A DNA stretch of 64,000 nucleotides from an uncultured Acidobacteriota bacterium (GCA_963796275.1 CAWCKY010000001.1:128001-192000), one strand, 5' to 3'; shown: positions 20,080-30,547, counted from the stretch's first letter. Made by a program: numbers and translations. The notes: generated by a model from the sequence alone, not told the origin.

Positions 20080-23000
20080 ATGACCCACTCAATTTTGGAG
20101 GCGAATCCGGGAGATTTGAGGAATTTGCAAATCAAGATAGAGAGTCGTTTCGGCGTTCTACCGAACTTCTTCCGGCTGGCTCCTAAAAGCCCGGAGGTCA
20201 CGGCGAACCTCTGGGAGTTTGCGCAGTTCGCTTACCTGGATAATCCACTTCCATCGCTATTCAAGGAACGGTTATTCGTCTATCTCTCTCGCTTTTGCAA
20301 AGCGCGCTATAGCGTCGCGCGGCACGTCGGCTTCCTAGTCGGGCTGGGGCATCCCTCAGGCGACAACCAGTGTCCGATCCAGACCATCGAAGAAATCATG
20401 CGACTTCTCCGGCGTCCGTTCCCACGGGCCGAGCGCCTGAAACCGCACGTTTCTGGTCTCGCCGCCCGTAAGGCACCTCTGGCTAAATTGCCGAAGCCTG
20501 ATTCCGCCCTTGAAGAGACTATCTTTGCGTGCGCCGCTCATGTCTTCTTGCAGACACCAGACGCGCCCCGATGCCTCGACGCGATCAATCGCGCCTTTGG
20601 CGAATCGCGGTTCGAATACCTGATGACGTTTCTCGCATTCGTCCATACCGCCCATTACTGGACCTCGGTTCATACGGAATTGGAAGTTGAAGAGGACATC
20701 CAGCGGCTTTTGGCGACCTACGAAGCACTAGCCGAATGTCTGCTGAACGACCCGGAGTCCGGGACTTGTGAAATCAGTCAGAAGCTGCTCGACGAGTTGG
20801 CGTCACTGCGGGAGACCAGGGAGCGCCACAATGAATTATTGCAAGCGCATCAGACAGTACGCGAGAGCGAGGTGCAGGGCCGACGAACCAATGCGGAACT
20901 CGCCGGGCGTGTGGCTGAACTTCAAGAGCTCACTGTTGAACTACAGAATGCGCGCCGAGCCGCGCTCAATCTGATGGAAGACGCGATCCAGGCGAAAGCT
21001 GCGTTGGCGGAGTCCGAGGAGCGTTATCGCTCGCTGGTCTCTGTCATCACTGACGTCTCCTGGACGACCGATGTGGCAGGCCGGTTCGCCACGCCGCAGC
21101 CCGCGTGGACGGCTTACACAGGTCAGATCTGGAATGAATTGCGGGACTTCGGCTGGGTCGACGCCCTGCATCCCGAAGACCGAGAGAACGTCGGGGTCAC
21201 ATGGCTGCACGCCGTCAAATCACGATCCCTTTACAAATCACATGGACGGCTCTGGCACGCGCCGAGCCAGCAGTACCGCTACTTCGAGGCGCGGGCGACG
21301 CCGTTGTTCGACCCCGACGGCGGCGTGCGAGAATGGGTCGGCTCCTGCACGGATATTCACGACCGCAAAATGGCCGAAACGGCGTTGAGTGAAAGCGAGG
21401 AACGGTATCGGCGCCTGCTGGACAAACTGCCGGTTGGGGCCTATACCTGCGATGCCGATGGATCGATAACATATTTCAATCAGCGTGCGGTCGAAGTGTG
21501 GGGGCGCACCCCGAAATTGAATGACCCCGTGGAACGTTTCTGCGGCTCATATAGGCTTTATTCGCCTGACGGAGCGCTGATTCCCCACGATCGATGTTGG
21601 ATGGCGGTCGCGATTAAGGAGAAAAAGGTATACGAGGGACATGAGATCGTGATCGAGCGTCCGGACGGCTCCCGGCTGACAGTCCTGGTCCATGTCAACC
21701 CGTTTTACAATGAGGCTGGGAAATTGCTCGGAGCGATTAACATATTGGTGGACATCACCGACCGCAAGCGAGCCGAAGCAGCGATGGCTCAAATGGCGGC
21801 CATCGTCGAATCGTCAGATGACGCCATCATTAGCAAGGATTTGAATGGAATCATTGCGAGCTGGAACAAAGGTGCGGAAAAGCTGTTTGGTTACACGGCG
21901 GCGGAAGTCATCGGCAAACCGGTGACAATTCTTATTCCTCAGGATCGGGTGGACGAAGAGCCGCGAATTCTCGAACGGCTCACGCGCGGCGAGCAGGTTG
22001 ATCAGTACGAAACCGTGCGACGGCGCAAAGATGATAGCGAGGTTGACATTTCGCTGACGATCTCACCCATTAGAGACAAGACAGGAAAAGTTATCGCCGC
22101 GTCGAAAATTGCGCGCGACATCACCGAACGCAAGCGCAGCGAGATCGAAAGAGAAGAACTGTTGCTCAAGGAATCGGCGGCCCGCGCCGAGGCGGAAGCC
22201 GCAAATCGCAGTAAAGATGAATTCCTGGCCGTCGTCTCGCATGAGTTACGCTCGCCCCTGGGCGCGATCCTCGGTTACAACAGTATGCTGCGCGAGAAAC
22301 CGTCCGACAAGACGCAACTGAATTCATACTGCGACATCATTGAGCGCAACGCCAAAACGCAACTGCAATTGATCGAAGACCTGCTCGATACTGCCCGCAT
22401 CGTCAGCGGCAAGCTGCGGCTGGAATTGCGCCCCCTGGACATCACCCCCCTGCTCGCCGACGCGCTCGATGTGGTGCGCCCGGCGATAGAGGTCAAAGGT
22501 GTCAAATTGCGGATTCGGGAGGGCGGAGTAGAGAATGAAAATGGCGCGACGCGGGAAGAACCCGCAATCTTGTTGGGTGATGCCGCCCGGTTACAGCAGA
22601 TCATCTGGAACCTGCTCTCGAATGCGATTAAGTTCACGCCCGCCGGCGGGTTTGTCGAATTGCGTGCCGAACGCGGCGAAGGACATATCCGCATCATCGT
22701 CAGCGACACCGGCAAAGGCATACAGCCGGAAGTCCTGCCTCATGTATTCGACCGCTTCCGACAGGCCGATTCATCAAGCTCGCGGCGGTACGACGGCCTT
22801 GGTCTGGGTCTCGCGCTGGTGAAGGACTTGGTCGAACTGCATGGCGGTAAGGTCGAGGCGGCGAGCGAAGGCGCAGGACGTGGCTCGAGGTTCACCGTCA
22901 CACTGCCGTTGGCGGCACCAAGCGAATTGGGCGCTGTGGAGCCTAAGGCCCTGGCATTGGCCGTTGGCGCAAATGGCGAGGCGCAGATCCGAGGCGGGAT

Positions 23001-23457
23001 CCCATTGCCTGATGGGGTAACGATCGCGGGCTTGCGCGTGCTGATGGTAGATGATCAGGAAGAGGCGCGCGTCATGGTCGCCGATTTTCTGAGCCGGTAC
23101 GGCGCCGTCGTGACGACTGCATCGTCCGGCGCTGAAGCATTGTCGGTTCTCTCGAATATGACGGATGACGCGCGACCGGACGTCCTTGTGTGCGACATCG
23201 CCATGCCAATGGAAGACGGCTACACGGCGCTGCGCCGGTTGCGGGCGCTCGAAGATGCTCGCGGCGTCGCGGCGTCACAGCATATTCCGGCGATTGCGCT
23301 GACTGCGTTGGCAGGGAAGGAAGAGCGGTTGCGCGTGCTGAGCGCGGGCTTCCAATGCCACATCGCCAAGCCGGTTGATCCGGTCGATTTGATAGTAAGA
23401 ATCGCGAACATCGCGGGCCTATGGCGGCGGAAAAGAAATATTAGCCGCGGCAGTTGA
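20080..23457 (+). CDS. Hybrid sensor histidine kinase: AhpD/CMD-like domain + 3 PAS/PAC + HisKA + HATPase + REC
   Basis: RFGVLPNFF..NPLPSLFKERLFVYLSRFC N-terminus; three PAC ends (DIHDRK, DITDRK, DITERK); FLAVVSHELRSPL H-box; NLLSNAIKFT; GLGLGL; receiver DVLVCDIAMP. Confidence 0.9.
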   Translation: MTHSILEANPGDLRNLQIKIESRFGVLPNFFRLAPKSPEVTANLWEFAQFAYLDNPLPSLFKERLFVYLSRFCKARYSVARHVGFLVGLGHPSGDNQCPIQTIEEIMRLLRRPFPRAERLKPHVSGLAARKAPLAKLPKPDSALEETIFACAAHVFLQTPDAPRCLDAINRAFGESRFEYLMTFLAFVHTAHYWTSVHTELEVEEDIQRLLATYEALAECLLNDPESGTCEISQKLLDELASLRETRERHNELLQAHQTVRESEVQGRRTNAELAGRVAELQELTVELQNARRAALNLMEDAIQAKAALAESEERYRSLVSVITDVSWTTDVAGRFATPQPAWTAYTGQIWNELRDFGWVDALHPEDRENVGVTWLHAVKSRSLYKSHGRLWHAPSQQYRYFEARATPLFDPDGGVREWVGSCTDIHDRKMAETALSESEERYRRLLDKLPVGAYTCDADGSITYFNQRAVEVWGRTPKLNDPVERFCGSYRLYSPDGALIPHDRCWMAVAIKEKKVYEGHEIVIERPDGSRLTVLVHVNPFYNEAGKLLGAINILVDITDRKRAEAAMAQMAAIVESSDDAIISKDLNGIIASWNKGAEKLFGYTAAEVIGKPVTILIPQDRVDEEPRILERLTRGEQVDQYETVRRRKDDSEVDISLTISPIRDKTGKVIAASKIARDITERKRSEIEREELLLKESAARAEAEAANRSKDEFLAVVSHELRSPLGAILGYNSMLREKPSDKTQLNSYCDIIERNAKTQLQLIEDLLDTARIVSGKLRLELRPLDITPLLADALDVVRPAIEVKGVKLRIREGGVENENGATREEPAILLGDAARLQQIIWNLLSNAIKFTPAGGFVELRAERGEGHIRIIVSDTGKGIQPEVLPHVFDRFRQADSSSSRRYDGLGLGLALVKDLVELHGGKVEAASEGAGRGSRFTVTLPLAAPSELGAVEPKALALAVGANGEAQIRGGIPLPDGVTIAGLRVLMVDDQEEARVMVADFLSRYGAVVTTASSGAEALSVLSNMTDDARPDVLVCDIAMPMEDGYTALRRLRALEDARGVAASQHIPAIALTALAGKEERLRVLSAGFQCHIAKPVDPVDLIVRIANIAGLWRRKRNISRGS

Positions 23458-23593
23458 TGCCGTTGATCAGTGAATGGAACCAAACTTGGCAGGCGATCAC
23501 GTTCGCTTTCAGATTTGAGCATTACCAAAAATAATTGGGCATTGTGTCTATGGTGGAACGACCATAAGAGAAGGGCTGACCAAAACTGATGGT

Positions 23594-24068
23594 TTGGTGA
23601 AGGTAAGTTGGGACCCGATTACCCGAATCATCGGCAGCCTGGGCATCTATACCAAGATCGATTTTAAGAACAAACGGGTCGCCGAGTATTACACCACATC
23701 TTCAATTTTCCGCGGCTATAGCGTCTTCATGAGTAACGAAGACCCGTGCGCCGCCACTTCATCACCCGCGGCACCTGGGCGACAAGCACGCGACTTGCTC
23801 CTTCTACGCGCAGAACATGGCTCTTGGAGTGATACTGCCCGATCTGGGAGGTCGGATTATCAACCTCGGCGTGCTGGATAAAGCTGAGAAGACAATGATC
23901 CGGGCGGCAAAGTCCACGTTTACCGCACGATCGCCTACATTATGCGCACGCTCAACCCGTTCAGGGGGGAATTTTATCGCGAGGCACTGGAAATGAGCCG
24001 GCTGACTCGTGAGATGTACTGTCTGATGGAAACCCGGCACGCGCCCCCCTTCGACCCTATATCCGGCG
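23594..24068 (+). pseudogene. hhyL: Remnant of group 1h (high-affinity) [NiFe]-hydrogenase large subunit
   Basis: WDPITRIIGSLGIYTKIDFKNKRVAE..TSSIFRGYSVFM, then in shifted frames HFIT..GDKHATCSFYAQNMA and YRTIAYIMRTLNPFRGEFYREALEMSRLTREMYCLME.RH. These match the HhyL N-terminus as I recall it; the L1 RICGIC motif is destroyed and there is an internal deletion. Confidence 0.8.
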
Positions 24069-24238
24069 ACGTATGGCAGATAAAGAAGCCTGTCGAATTA
24101 GAGAAACTAATCGTCGTCTTCGCAAAATCTCGCTAGCCGAACCGAGAAGGATTGAGTGGGGGTAACCAAGCTACGGTAAGAATTTGAATAGAATCATTTC
24201 TCAAACCTCTCTATAACGGAGATCCATTAATCTGATGG

Positions 24239-24266
24239 GCCTTTCAGCGTGATTGCGCTGAAAGGC
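24239..24266. other. Perfect 11-bp stem-loop upstream of cheBR
   Basis: gcctttcagcg-tgattg-cgctgaaaggc; no clear U-tract. Confidence 0.4.
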
Positions 24267-24335
24267 TTGACTCGCGAATACAAGTTACCCAAAACGCTAA
24301 AGAATGCTCTATCAAAGCTAGAGTAGAGGAACGAC

Positions 24336-27300
24336 ATGTCCCGCAAGAAATCAACTCCAGTCACACCTCCCGCGGCAGCAACTAAACGCGCTAGTCAGGC
24401 AAAGGCGGATTCGCCTATTGAAGAAAAGAGCGATCAGGTGAACGCAGATCCCAGGAAATCAGCTCGCCGGCGCAAACCTGACTCCATCGTCGTGGAAAAG
24501 CGTGACGAGGAACGACAGGCTGACTACAAATCTTTCCCGGTAGTCGGGATTGGCGCTTCCGCCGGCGGCCTCGAAGCCTTCAGACAGTTACTCAAGCATC
24601 TTCCCGTCGATACTGGAATGGCTTTCGTGCTGGTGCAACACCTCGACCCGACACATGAAAGTATTCTGACAGAACTGCTTTCCCGATGTACCCGGATGGC
24701 TGTGAGCGAAGTCAGGGACGGCATGGGTGTCGAGCCCGATCATCTTTATATCATTCCGCCCAATACCAACATGGCAATTGCCGAGGGCGTGTTGCGCCTT
24801 CTGCCCCGCGAAGAAGCGCGTTTGCGACATCGTCCGATCGATTATTTCCTGCGCACGCTAGCCGAAGACCAAGGCCATCGAGCCATCGGAGTAATTTTAT
24901 CCGGGACGGCTTCCGATGGCACCCCAGGCTTGGAAGCGATCAAAGCCGAGGGCGGGATCACCTTCGCGCAGGATCCCAAATCGGCCGGGTACGACGGCAT
25001 GCCGCATAGCGCCATCGCAGCCGGTCACGTGGATTTCATTCTTACTCCCGAAGGCATTGCCACAGAGCTGGCGCGGATCAGCCGTCACCCTTATGTAGTT
25101 CCTACGGCCACCATTACATCCGTTGGAGAAGAAATTCCACCCACAGGCCAGAATGGCTTCCGAAAAATACTGACCTTGCTACGGAGGACTAAAGGAGTTG
25201 ACTTCACCGATTACAAAGCCAACACCCTGCACCGGCGCATCACGCGACGTATGGTGTTAAATAAGCTGGATAGCATGGAGGATTATGCCCGTTTCCTGCG
25301 CGAGAACGTGGCGGAAGTCGAAGCGCTCTATCACGACATCCTGATCAACGTGACCTCTTTTTTTCGCAACCCGGAAACCTTCGAAGTCTTGAAAGAAAGA
25401 ATCTTTCCGCACATCGTCAAGTATCAAGTTCCGAATGAGCCGGTCAGAATCTGGTCGCTGGGGTGCTCGACCGGCGAGGAAGCCTATTCCATCGCCATGT
25501 CATTCGTAGAATTTGCGGGAGATCAGACGGAGCACATTCCTATCCAGATTTTCGCCACCGACCTCAACGACAGAAGTATCGATAAAGCGCGCGCGGGTCT
25601 CTACTCGAAGGAGATCGCGGAGCATGTCTCGCCGGAGCGCTTGCGGCGTTTCTTCATGGAAGCGGAAGGCGGCTACCGGATCAGCAAGCCGATCCGTGAC
25701 ATGGTGGTATTCGCGTGGCAGAACGTTCTCGCCGACCCGCCTTTCTCGCACTTGGATTTAATCAGTTGCCGCAATCTGCTGATCTACCTTGAGCCGGTAT
25801 TGCAAAAGCGGGTGCTGCCGACACTTCACTACGCCCTCAAGCCGACTGGCATTCTCTGGCTCGGCTCCTCGGAGACAGTGGGTTCGGCCTCCGATTTGTT
25901 TACTCCAGAGGACAAGAAGCACCGTTTCTACGTCAAGAAATTAACATCGTCCCGCATGCGCTTTCGCCCCGCGCCAGGCGATATCAGGCCTGACAGGGCC
26001 GACTTTGGCCAGAAAAAGCTAAACCCTATGACCGAGCCTGCTCTGGGTGGGCGCGACGCGGAGAAGGAGGCAGACCGGATTCTACTGGCTCGCTACTCTC
26101 CTCCAAGCGTCCTCATCAACGCCGATATGGATATCCTACAATTTCGCGGTTCGACCGGACCCTATCTCGAGGCTCCGGCCGGCAAGCCGACACTCAACCT
26201 TCTGAAGATGACCCGCGAGGGGTTAATGCTGCCATTGCGTGCGGCAATCCAAAAGGCAAAGAAGGATGATACGATCGTCAAAAAGGAGGGCGTACGGATC
26301 AAGTATGGCGCCGAATTCCATCAGATCAATCTGGAAGTGATTCCGACCAAGGGCCTCCCGGCGAATGAACGCTGCTTTCTCGTGTTGTTCGAGCAGACCC
26401 CGACCCCGAATCTGGGACAAGAGGCTAAGCCACCCGAAGCGAAAGCCGGCCGGGCAAACCGCGAGACAGATCGTCAGTCGGCGCGCTTACAGGAGGAGCT
26501 GGCTGCCACACGCGAATATATACAATCGCTCGACGAGCAGCATGAGGCCGCCAATGAAGAGCTCCAATCCGCCAACGAGGAAATCCAGTCGAGCAACGAG
26601 GAATTGCAGAGCATCAATGAAGAACTGGAGACCGCCAAAGAAGAGCTTGAATCCAGTAACGAAGAGCTGGCGACAGTCAACGACGAGCTGCGCAACCGGA
26701 ATCTGGAATTGACTGCGCTCAATGACGACCTGAACAATCTGCTCGGCAGCGTCAACATACCCATTCTGATGCTGGGCAGTGACCTGCGCATTCGGCGCTT
26801 CACGCCGCAGGCGGAAAAAGTTCTGACCCTGATCTCGACCGATTTGGGGCGGTCCATTGGGGACATCAAGCTCAAGATCAATATCCCTGATTTGGATGCG
26901 TTGATTGTCGAGGCGATCTCGACCGTGAGCGCACAGGAGCGAGAGATTCAGGACACGCAGGGACATTGGTATGCGATGCGCGTGCGGCCCTACAAGACCC
27001 TGAACAATAAGATTGACGGCGCGGTTATCGTGCTGATAGACATCGACGCACTCAAACGAGACGAGGTGGAGATCAAAGAATCGCGCGATTACGCCGAAGC
27101 GATCATCGGCACTACGCCCATCCCGCTTGTGGTTATGAACGCCGACCTGCGCATTCGCACGGCCAATGACGCCTTCTATAACACTTTCAAAGTCTCTCCG
27201 AGAGAATCGGAAAGCCGCCTGATTTATGATTTAGGCAATGGCCAATGGAATATCCCCAGGCTGCGTGAACTGCTCAATGATATTCTTCCCGGAAATACTT

Positions 27301-28019
27301 TCTTCAACGACTTCGAAGTCACGCACGACTTTGAAGTAATCGGCCGCCGCACTATGCTGCTCAACGCTCGCGTGCTAAACGGTCCTAACGGGGAGCCCCT
27401 TAGGATTCTCCTGGGTATTCAAGATATCACCGAACTGTTACGCTCCCAATCGGCAGTGCGGCGCTCGGAGATTCGCTACCGGCGACTCTTCGAAGCAGCC
27501 CAGGACGGCGTGTTACTTATCGACCCGAAAACGCGAACAATTCTCGACGCCAATCCCTTCATGACCGAGTTGCTGGGTTACACGCTCGACGAGTTGCCGG
27601 GCAAGGAACTGTTTGAGATCGGACTCTTGAAAGATGAAACGGCTAGCCGCCTCGCATTCCGGGAATTGCAGGAAGGGGGCTTCCTTCGCTACGACGATTT
27701 GACGATGCAAACCAAAACGGGCCAGCGCCGCGATGTCGAGATGATCTGCAATCTTTACGATGAGGTCGGAGAAAAAATCATCCAGTGCAACATCCGCGAC
27801 ATCACCGAACGGAAGCGGGCCGAGGAAGCGTTGCGGGAGAACCACGCCCAACTTCAGTCGCATGCGGAGGAGTTGGCTCGTTTCAATAGCGCCGCGGTCG
27901 GGCGCGAGTTGCGCATGATTGAATTGAAGAAAGAGATCAACGAACTTTACCGACAACTAGGGCATGCCGCGCGATACCCACTCGAATTCGAGGAGGAGGA
28001 AAAGGACACCCATGGCTAG
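24336..28019 (+). CDS. CheB methylesterase-CheR methyltransferase-coiled coil-PAS fusion without kinase domain
   Basis: GIGASAGGLEA, VQHLDP, LSGTASDG (CheB); INVTSFFRN, WSLGCSTGEEAYS, DLISCRNLLIY (CheR); NEELQS repeats; PAS domains; ends RELRMIELKKEINEL. Confidence 0.9.
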   Translation: MSRKKSTPVTPPAAATKRASQAKADSPIEEKSDQVNADPRKSARRRKPDSIVVEKRDEERQADYKSFPVVGIGASAGGLEAFRQLLKHLPVDTGMAFVLVQHLDPTHESILTELLSRCTRMAVSEVRDGMGVEPDHLYIIPPNTNMAIAEGVLRLLPREEARLRHRPIDYFLRTLAEDQGHRAIGVILSGTASDGTPGLEAIKAEGGITFAQDPKSAGYDGMPHSAIAAGHVDFILTPEGIATELARISRHPYVVPTATITSVGEEIPPTGQNGFRKILTLLRRTKGVDFTDYKANTLHRRITRRMVLNKLDSMEDYARFLRENVAEVEALYHDILINVTSFFRNPETFEVLKERIFPHIVKYQVPNEPVRIWSLGCSTGEEAYSIAMSFVEFAGDQTEHIPIQIFATDLNDRSIDKARAGLYSKEIAEHVSPERLRRFFMEAEGGYRISKPIRDMVVFAWQNVLADPPFSHLDLISCRNLLIYLEPVLQKRVLPTLHYALKPTGILWLGSSETVGSASDLFTPEDKKHRFYVKKLTSSRMRFRPAPGDIRPDRADFGQKKLNPMTEPALGGRDAEKEADRILLARYSPPSVLINADMDILQFRGSTGPYLEAPAGKPTLNLLKMTREGLMLPLRAAIQKAKKDDTIVKKEGVRIKYGAEFHQINLEVIPTKGLPANERCFLVLFEQTPTPNLGQEAKPPEAKAGRANRETDRQSARLQEELAATREYIQSLDEQHEAANEELQSANEEIQSSNEELQSINEELETAKEELESSNEELATVNDELRNRNLELTALNDDLNNLLGSVNIPILMLGSDLRIRRFTPQAEKVLTLISTDLGRSIGDIKLKINIPDLDALIVEAISTVSAQEREIQDTQGHWYAMRVRPYKTLNNKIDGAVIVLIDIDALKRDEVEIKESRDYAEAIIGTTPIPLVVMNADLRIRTANDAFYNTFKVSPRESESRLIYDLGNGQWNIPRLRELLNDILPGNTFFNDFEVTHDFEVIGRRTMLLNARVLNGPNGEPLRILLGIQDITELLRSQSAVRRSEIRYRRLFEAAQDGVLLIDPKTRTILDANPFMTELLGYTLDELPGKELFEIGLLKDETASRLAFRELQEGGFLRYDDLTMQTKTGQRRDVEMICNLYDEVGEKIIQCNIRDITERKRAEEALRENHAQLQSHAEELARFNSAAVGRELRMIELKKEINELYRQLGHAARYPLEFEEEEKDTHG

Positions 28020-28275
28020 AAAACGCTCAACTGCACAGGGAAAGTGAGCCCGGCACACGCGAGACACGCGTAATGATATGGCCTTTTGAGCAGATTCTTT
28101 TCTGTTATTCGCTACTGAGAACTGTCGGTAGAGAGAGTATGAGAGTCCTCGATGCCCAACAAGCGGAAACCACCCGGAAGGCGGTCAGGCTGTTGCCTAA
28201 TCGAATCCCTGAAGGTGGGTCCTTGAGTTTTTAGCGTTCCCACTGCCAAGCACAAGACTATCTGCCAGGAACTGC

Positions 28276-28464
28276 GGAGATGAAAAGGCTCAACAATGCG
28301 GATGGCTGAAAGACAATTACGGTCTTTCCTGGCAGATCGTTCCCGCGGAGCTGGACGAACTGTTGGGCGATTATAAATCCGAAAAATCGCAGCGGGCTTT
28401 TAAGGCGATGCTTCAGATGAAGAAACTCGACATAGCGAAAATCAAACAGGCTTATAACGGATAG
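28276..28464 (+). pseudogene. 3' fragment of a PhnB/3-demethylubiquinone-9 methyltransferase-like VOC protein
   Basis: GDEKAQQCGWLKDNYGLSWQIVP..RAFKAMLQMKKLDIAKIKQAYNG*; no matching N-terminal half upstream. Confidence 0.75.
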
Positions 28465-28824
28465 CTTGTTGCGAGCCGATCCTGGCTAAATCGAATCACA
28501 GAAGATTGGGACAGATGAATCACGGATTGTCATGGATAAAAATCCGTGATAATCCGTTGTGTCCAGCTGTGGTCACTCAGGCCAGCGGCTTGCGCTGGCG
28601 TCTTGCCCTCAATTTGCCGTTCCCGACACAAATTGTAATAGGTTCGCAATGGTCAGGGCCTCCTCTCGGAGCCTGACGTCATCGTGGTGGCGCCGCAAGA
28701 GAAGATCAACCAACACGCCCCCGACAGTCAATGCGGCGATCGCTTCCGCGTTTGGCACAAGCCTGGCGGCACAACCCGACACCGCCACAAATTCGCCGCT
28801 GCCGATCTCGCTCGATGGCATGAC

Positions 28825-29109
28825 CTAAACATATGGCGCCTGTTTATCAGTTCCCAGGATTGCGACGAATAATGCCGCTCCGATAATTGCCCAGAAAATC
28901 GGGAAGTTTGTGCGACCGCTTAGCAATGTGTAGATTTCAGGTAAGTTGAATTGTTTAGCGACCCAGGTTCCAAGAGAGGCGCCGATGAAGCCGAGCGTCA
29001 TTGAGGTTATCAACCCTTCGCGCGAATATCCTGCCAGCCACTGTCCGATTGCACCCATATAGCAGGCGACGATCAGTAGCAGGATTAAACTTTCCAAGGT
29101 GATGTTCAT
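28825..29109 (-). CDS. GlsB/YeaQ/YmgE (transglycosylase-associated) stress membrane protein
   Basis: GAIGQWLAG..GLITSMTLGFIGASLG..WAIIGAALFV pattern. Confidence 0.8.
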   Translation of the reverse strand: MNITLESLILLLIVACYMGAIGQWLAGYSREGLITSMTLGFIGASLGTWVAKQFNLPEIYTLLSGRTNFPIFWAIIGAALFVAILGTDKQAPYV

Positions 29110-29416
29110 GATTATCCCACGTCCATACTGCTCTTCCAGGTTAATGTTTTGCCAACATTTGATTCAACTGTAAGTATGTCCGTGTTTACTGGGGAAGAGG
29201 ATCACTACGCTAACTCATTCCTGGGAAGGAGTGGGATACCATCTTTGATAGATTGGATCCCACTCCTATGTACGGGGTTGCACCACTTCCCACACCAGCC
29301 TCTGGATATCTCCAGCATCCTATTCCTCCGTACATTATCTCTGTGTTGCTTAATACCTTTGGTTACCGTGCTAAGAGCAGACTCCTGACATGCTAATGGG
29401 ACCGCCACGTGCCCGC

Positions 29417-29566
29417 TTAACTCGCCTCTCGACGATTGGTGATCAACTTGTAGATCAACACCACCGCTGCAATCACAAGCAGCCCCTGAACCAATGAGCC
29501 CCCGACGCCGCCGACCACACTCAACAACCAAAGAGCGAGAAAAATAAGGAAGATTGTCCAAACCAT
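29417..29566 (-). CDS. lmo0937-family small membrane protein, copy 1
   Basis: MVWTIFLIFLALWLLSVVGGVGGSLVQGLLVIAAVVLIYKLITNRR; paralogue at 44417-44566. Confidence 0.75.
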   Translation of the reverse strand: MVWTIFLIFLALWLLSVVGGVGGSLVQGLLVIAAVVLIYKLITNRREAS

Positions 29567-29675
29567 ACTTTCCCACCAATTTAGGCGCTCACCCGCATCA
29601 TTAATCAATGAGCTTCGTTTCTTTGATGATAAGAAAATGCTCTTCGCTCGTCTCAATCAGCCCCAGGTTCCGATA

Positions 29676-29865
29676 ACGGCAAGTTGAGCTTCTAGAACTG
29701 CAACATTCTCATTTAGTTCTCCGCCCCTGCGGTGGGGCGATAGCGGGTTTTGCTCAATCTCATCGTTGGGCACTTATCACGCTCCTTCTAAATTCTTAAA
29801 TCTCACACTGATGATCAGACAGCCCAGAATAAATTGCTGTCCAATAATGGACAAAATAAAAGAAA
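29676..29865. repeat. ~190-bp duplicated promoter/leader segment, copy A (copy B 47346-47545)
   Basis: Shared ttctaga..ctgcaacat..cgcccctgcggtgg..atcgttggg..tatcacgctcctt..aataaattgctgtccaataatggacaaa..taaaagaaa in the same orientation. Confidence 0.85.
29838..29853 (-). promoter_or_regulatory. TGTCC-N6-GGACA operator
   Basis: TGTCCAATAATGGACA; on the minus strand 21 nt then GATCAT, facing lmo0937/glsB. Confidence 0.75.
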
Positions 29866-29885
29866 GTCGGTACACCCGAGGCCGA

Positions 29886-30380
29886 CTATTCGTGGGTTTG
29901 CGGCTCTTTATGAACGGCAGGGGCCAAGGTTCGTGTCGTGTGATCGACGCTCGGCTTTGCTTCAAGATGACTTGCGGAGGCCAATGCAGCCGGCTCCGGT
30001 TGTGGCAGTATCGCCGGTTGAGAGATAGAAGAGCGATGATATCTCTTTGCCTGCCACATAGGTGAAATCACTCCATAGGCCGTTATCAGGATTCCGGCCA
30101 GTATTAACAGACCACCGACCAGGACGATCCAATCATGATGGAAGAACATGTTATCCGTGACCAGCAGGGCCATACCGATGATGAAGGAGACAATCCCTGA
30201 GAACAGCACCATAGGCATTCGGTGTAACTTATTTGCAGCGCTCTCAACCGGCAATAGAGTGGGATCAATCGCGGAGAGATGTTTAGCGGCCAGCTGAGAA
30301 ATCCCCTGCAACTCCATGCCACAAAATCGGCAGAAATTTTGATTCATTGAAGCTTTTGTTCCACAAGCAGGACAATGCAT
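29886..30380 (-). CDS. Zinc-ribbon membrane protein
   Basis: MHCPACG..NFCRFCG zinc ribbon followed by two TM helices and a Pro-rich tail. Confidence 0.8.
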   Translation of the reverse strand: MHCPACGTKASMNQNFCRFCGMELQGISQLAAKHLSAIDPTLLPVESAANKLHRMPMVLFSGIVSFIIGMALLVTDNMFFHHDWIVLVGGLLILAGILITAYGVISPMWQAKRYHRSSISQPAILPQPEPAALASASHLEAKPSVDHTTRTLAPAVHKEPQTHE

Positions 30381-30399
30381 GACGATCTCCCAAACTCAT

Positions 30400-30483
30400 T
30401 CACATAATAATAAGGAGCGCGAGAACAGCGATGAGGCCCGTAAAGATAAGGCTAAACTGAAAAGTTCCGACGCGTGTTTTCAT
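30400..30483 (-). CDS. Possible 27-aa single-TM small protein
   Basis: MKTRVGTFQFSLIFTGLIAVLALLIIM*, between the 30548 promoter and the zinc-ribbon gene; weak RBS. Confidence 0.35.
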   Translation of the reverse strand: MKTRVGTFQFSLIFTGLIAVLALLIIM

Positions 30484-30547
30484 AAAGAGCCTGTACTTTT
30501 TGTATATGCCGCGTGTGATAAGAATCGGCTAGCCCGAGATAAATTGT

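Noticed and set aside
26540-26720. NEELQS heptad repeats in the CheB/CheR protein
   Set aside because: Standard coiled coil of this family.
28519-28557. cacggat...atccgtg short palindrome
   Set aside because: Short and imperfect, single occurrence in the window.
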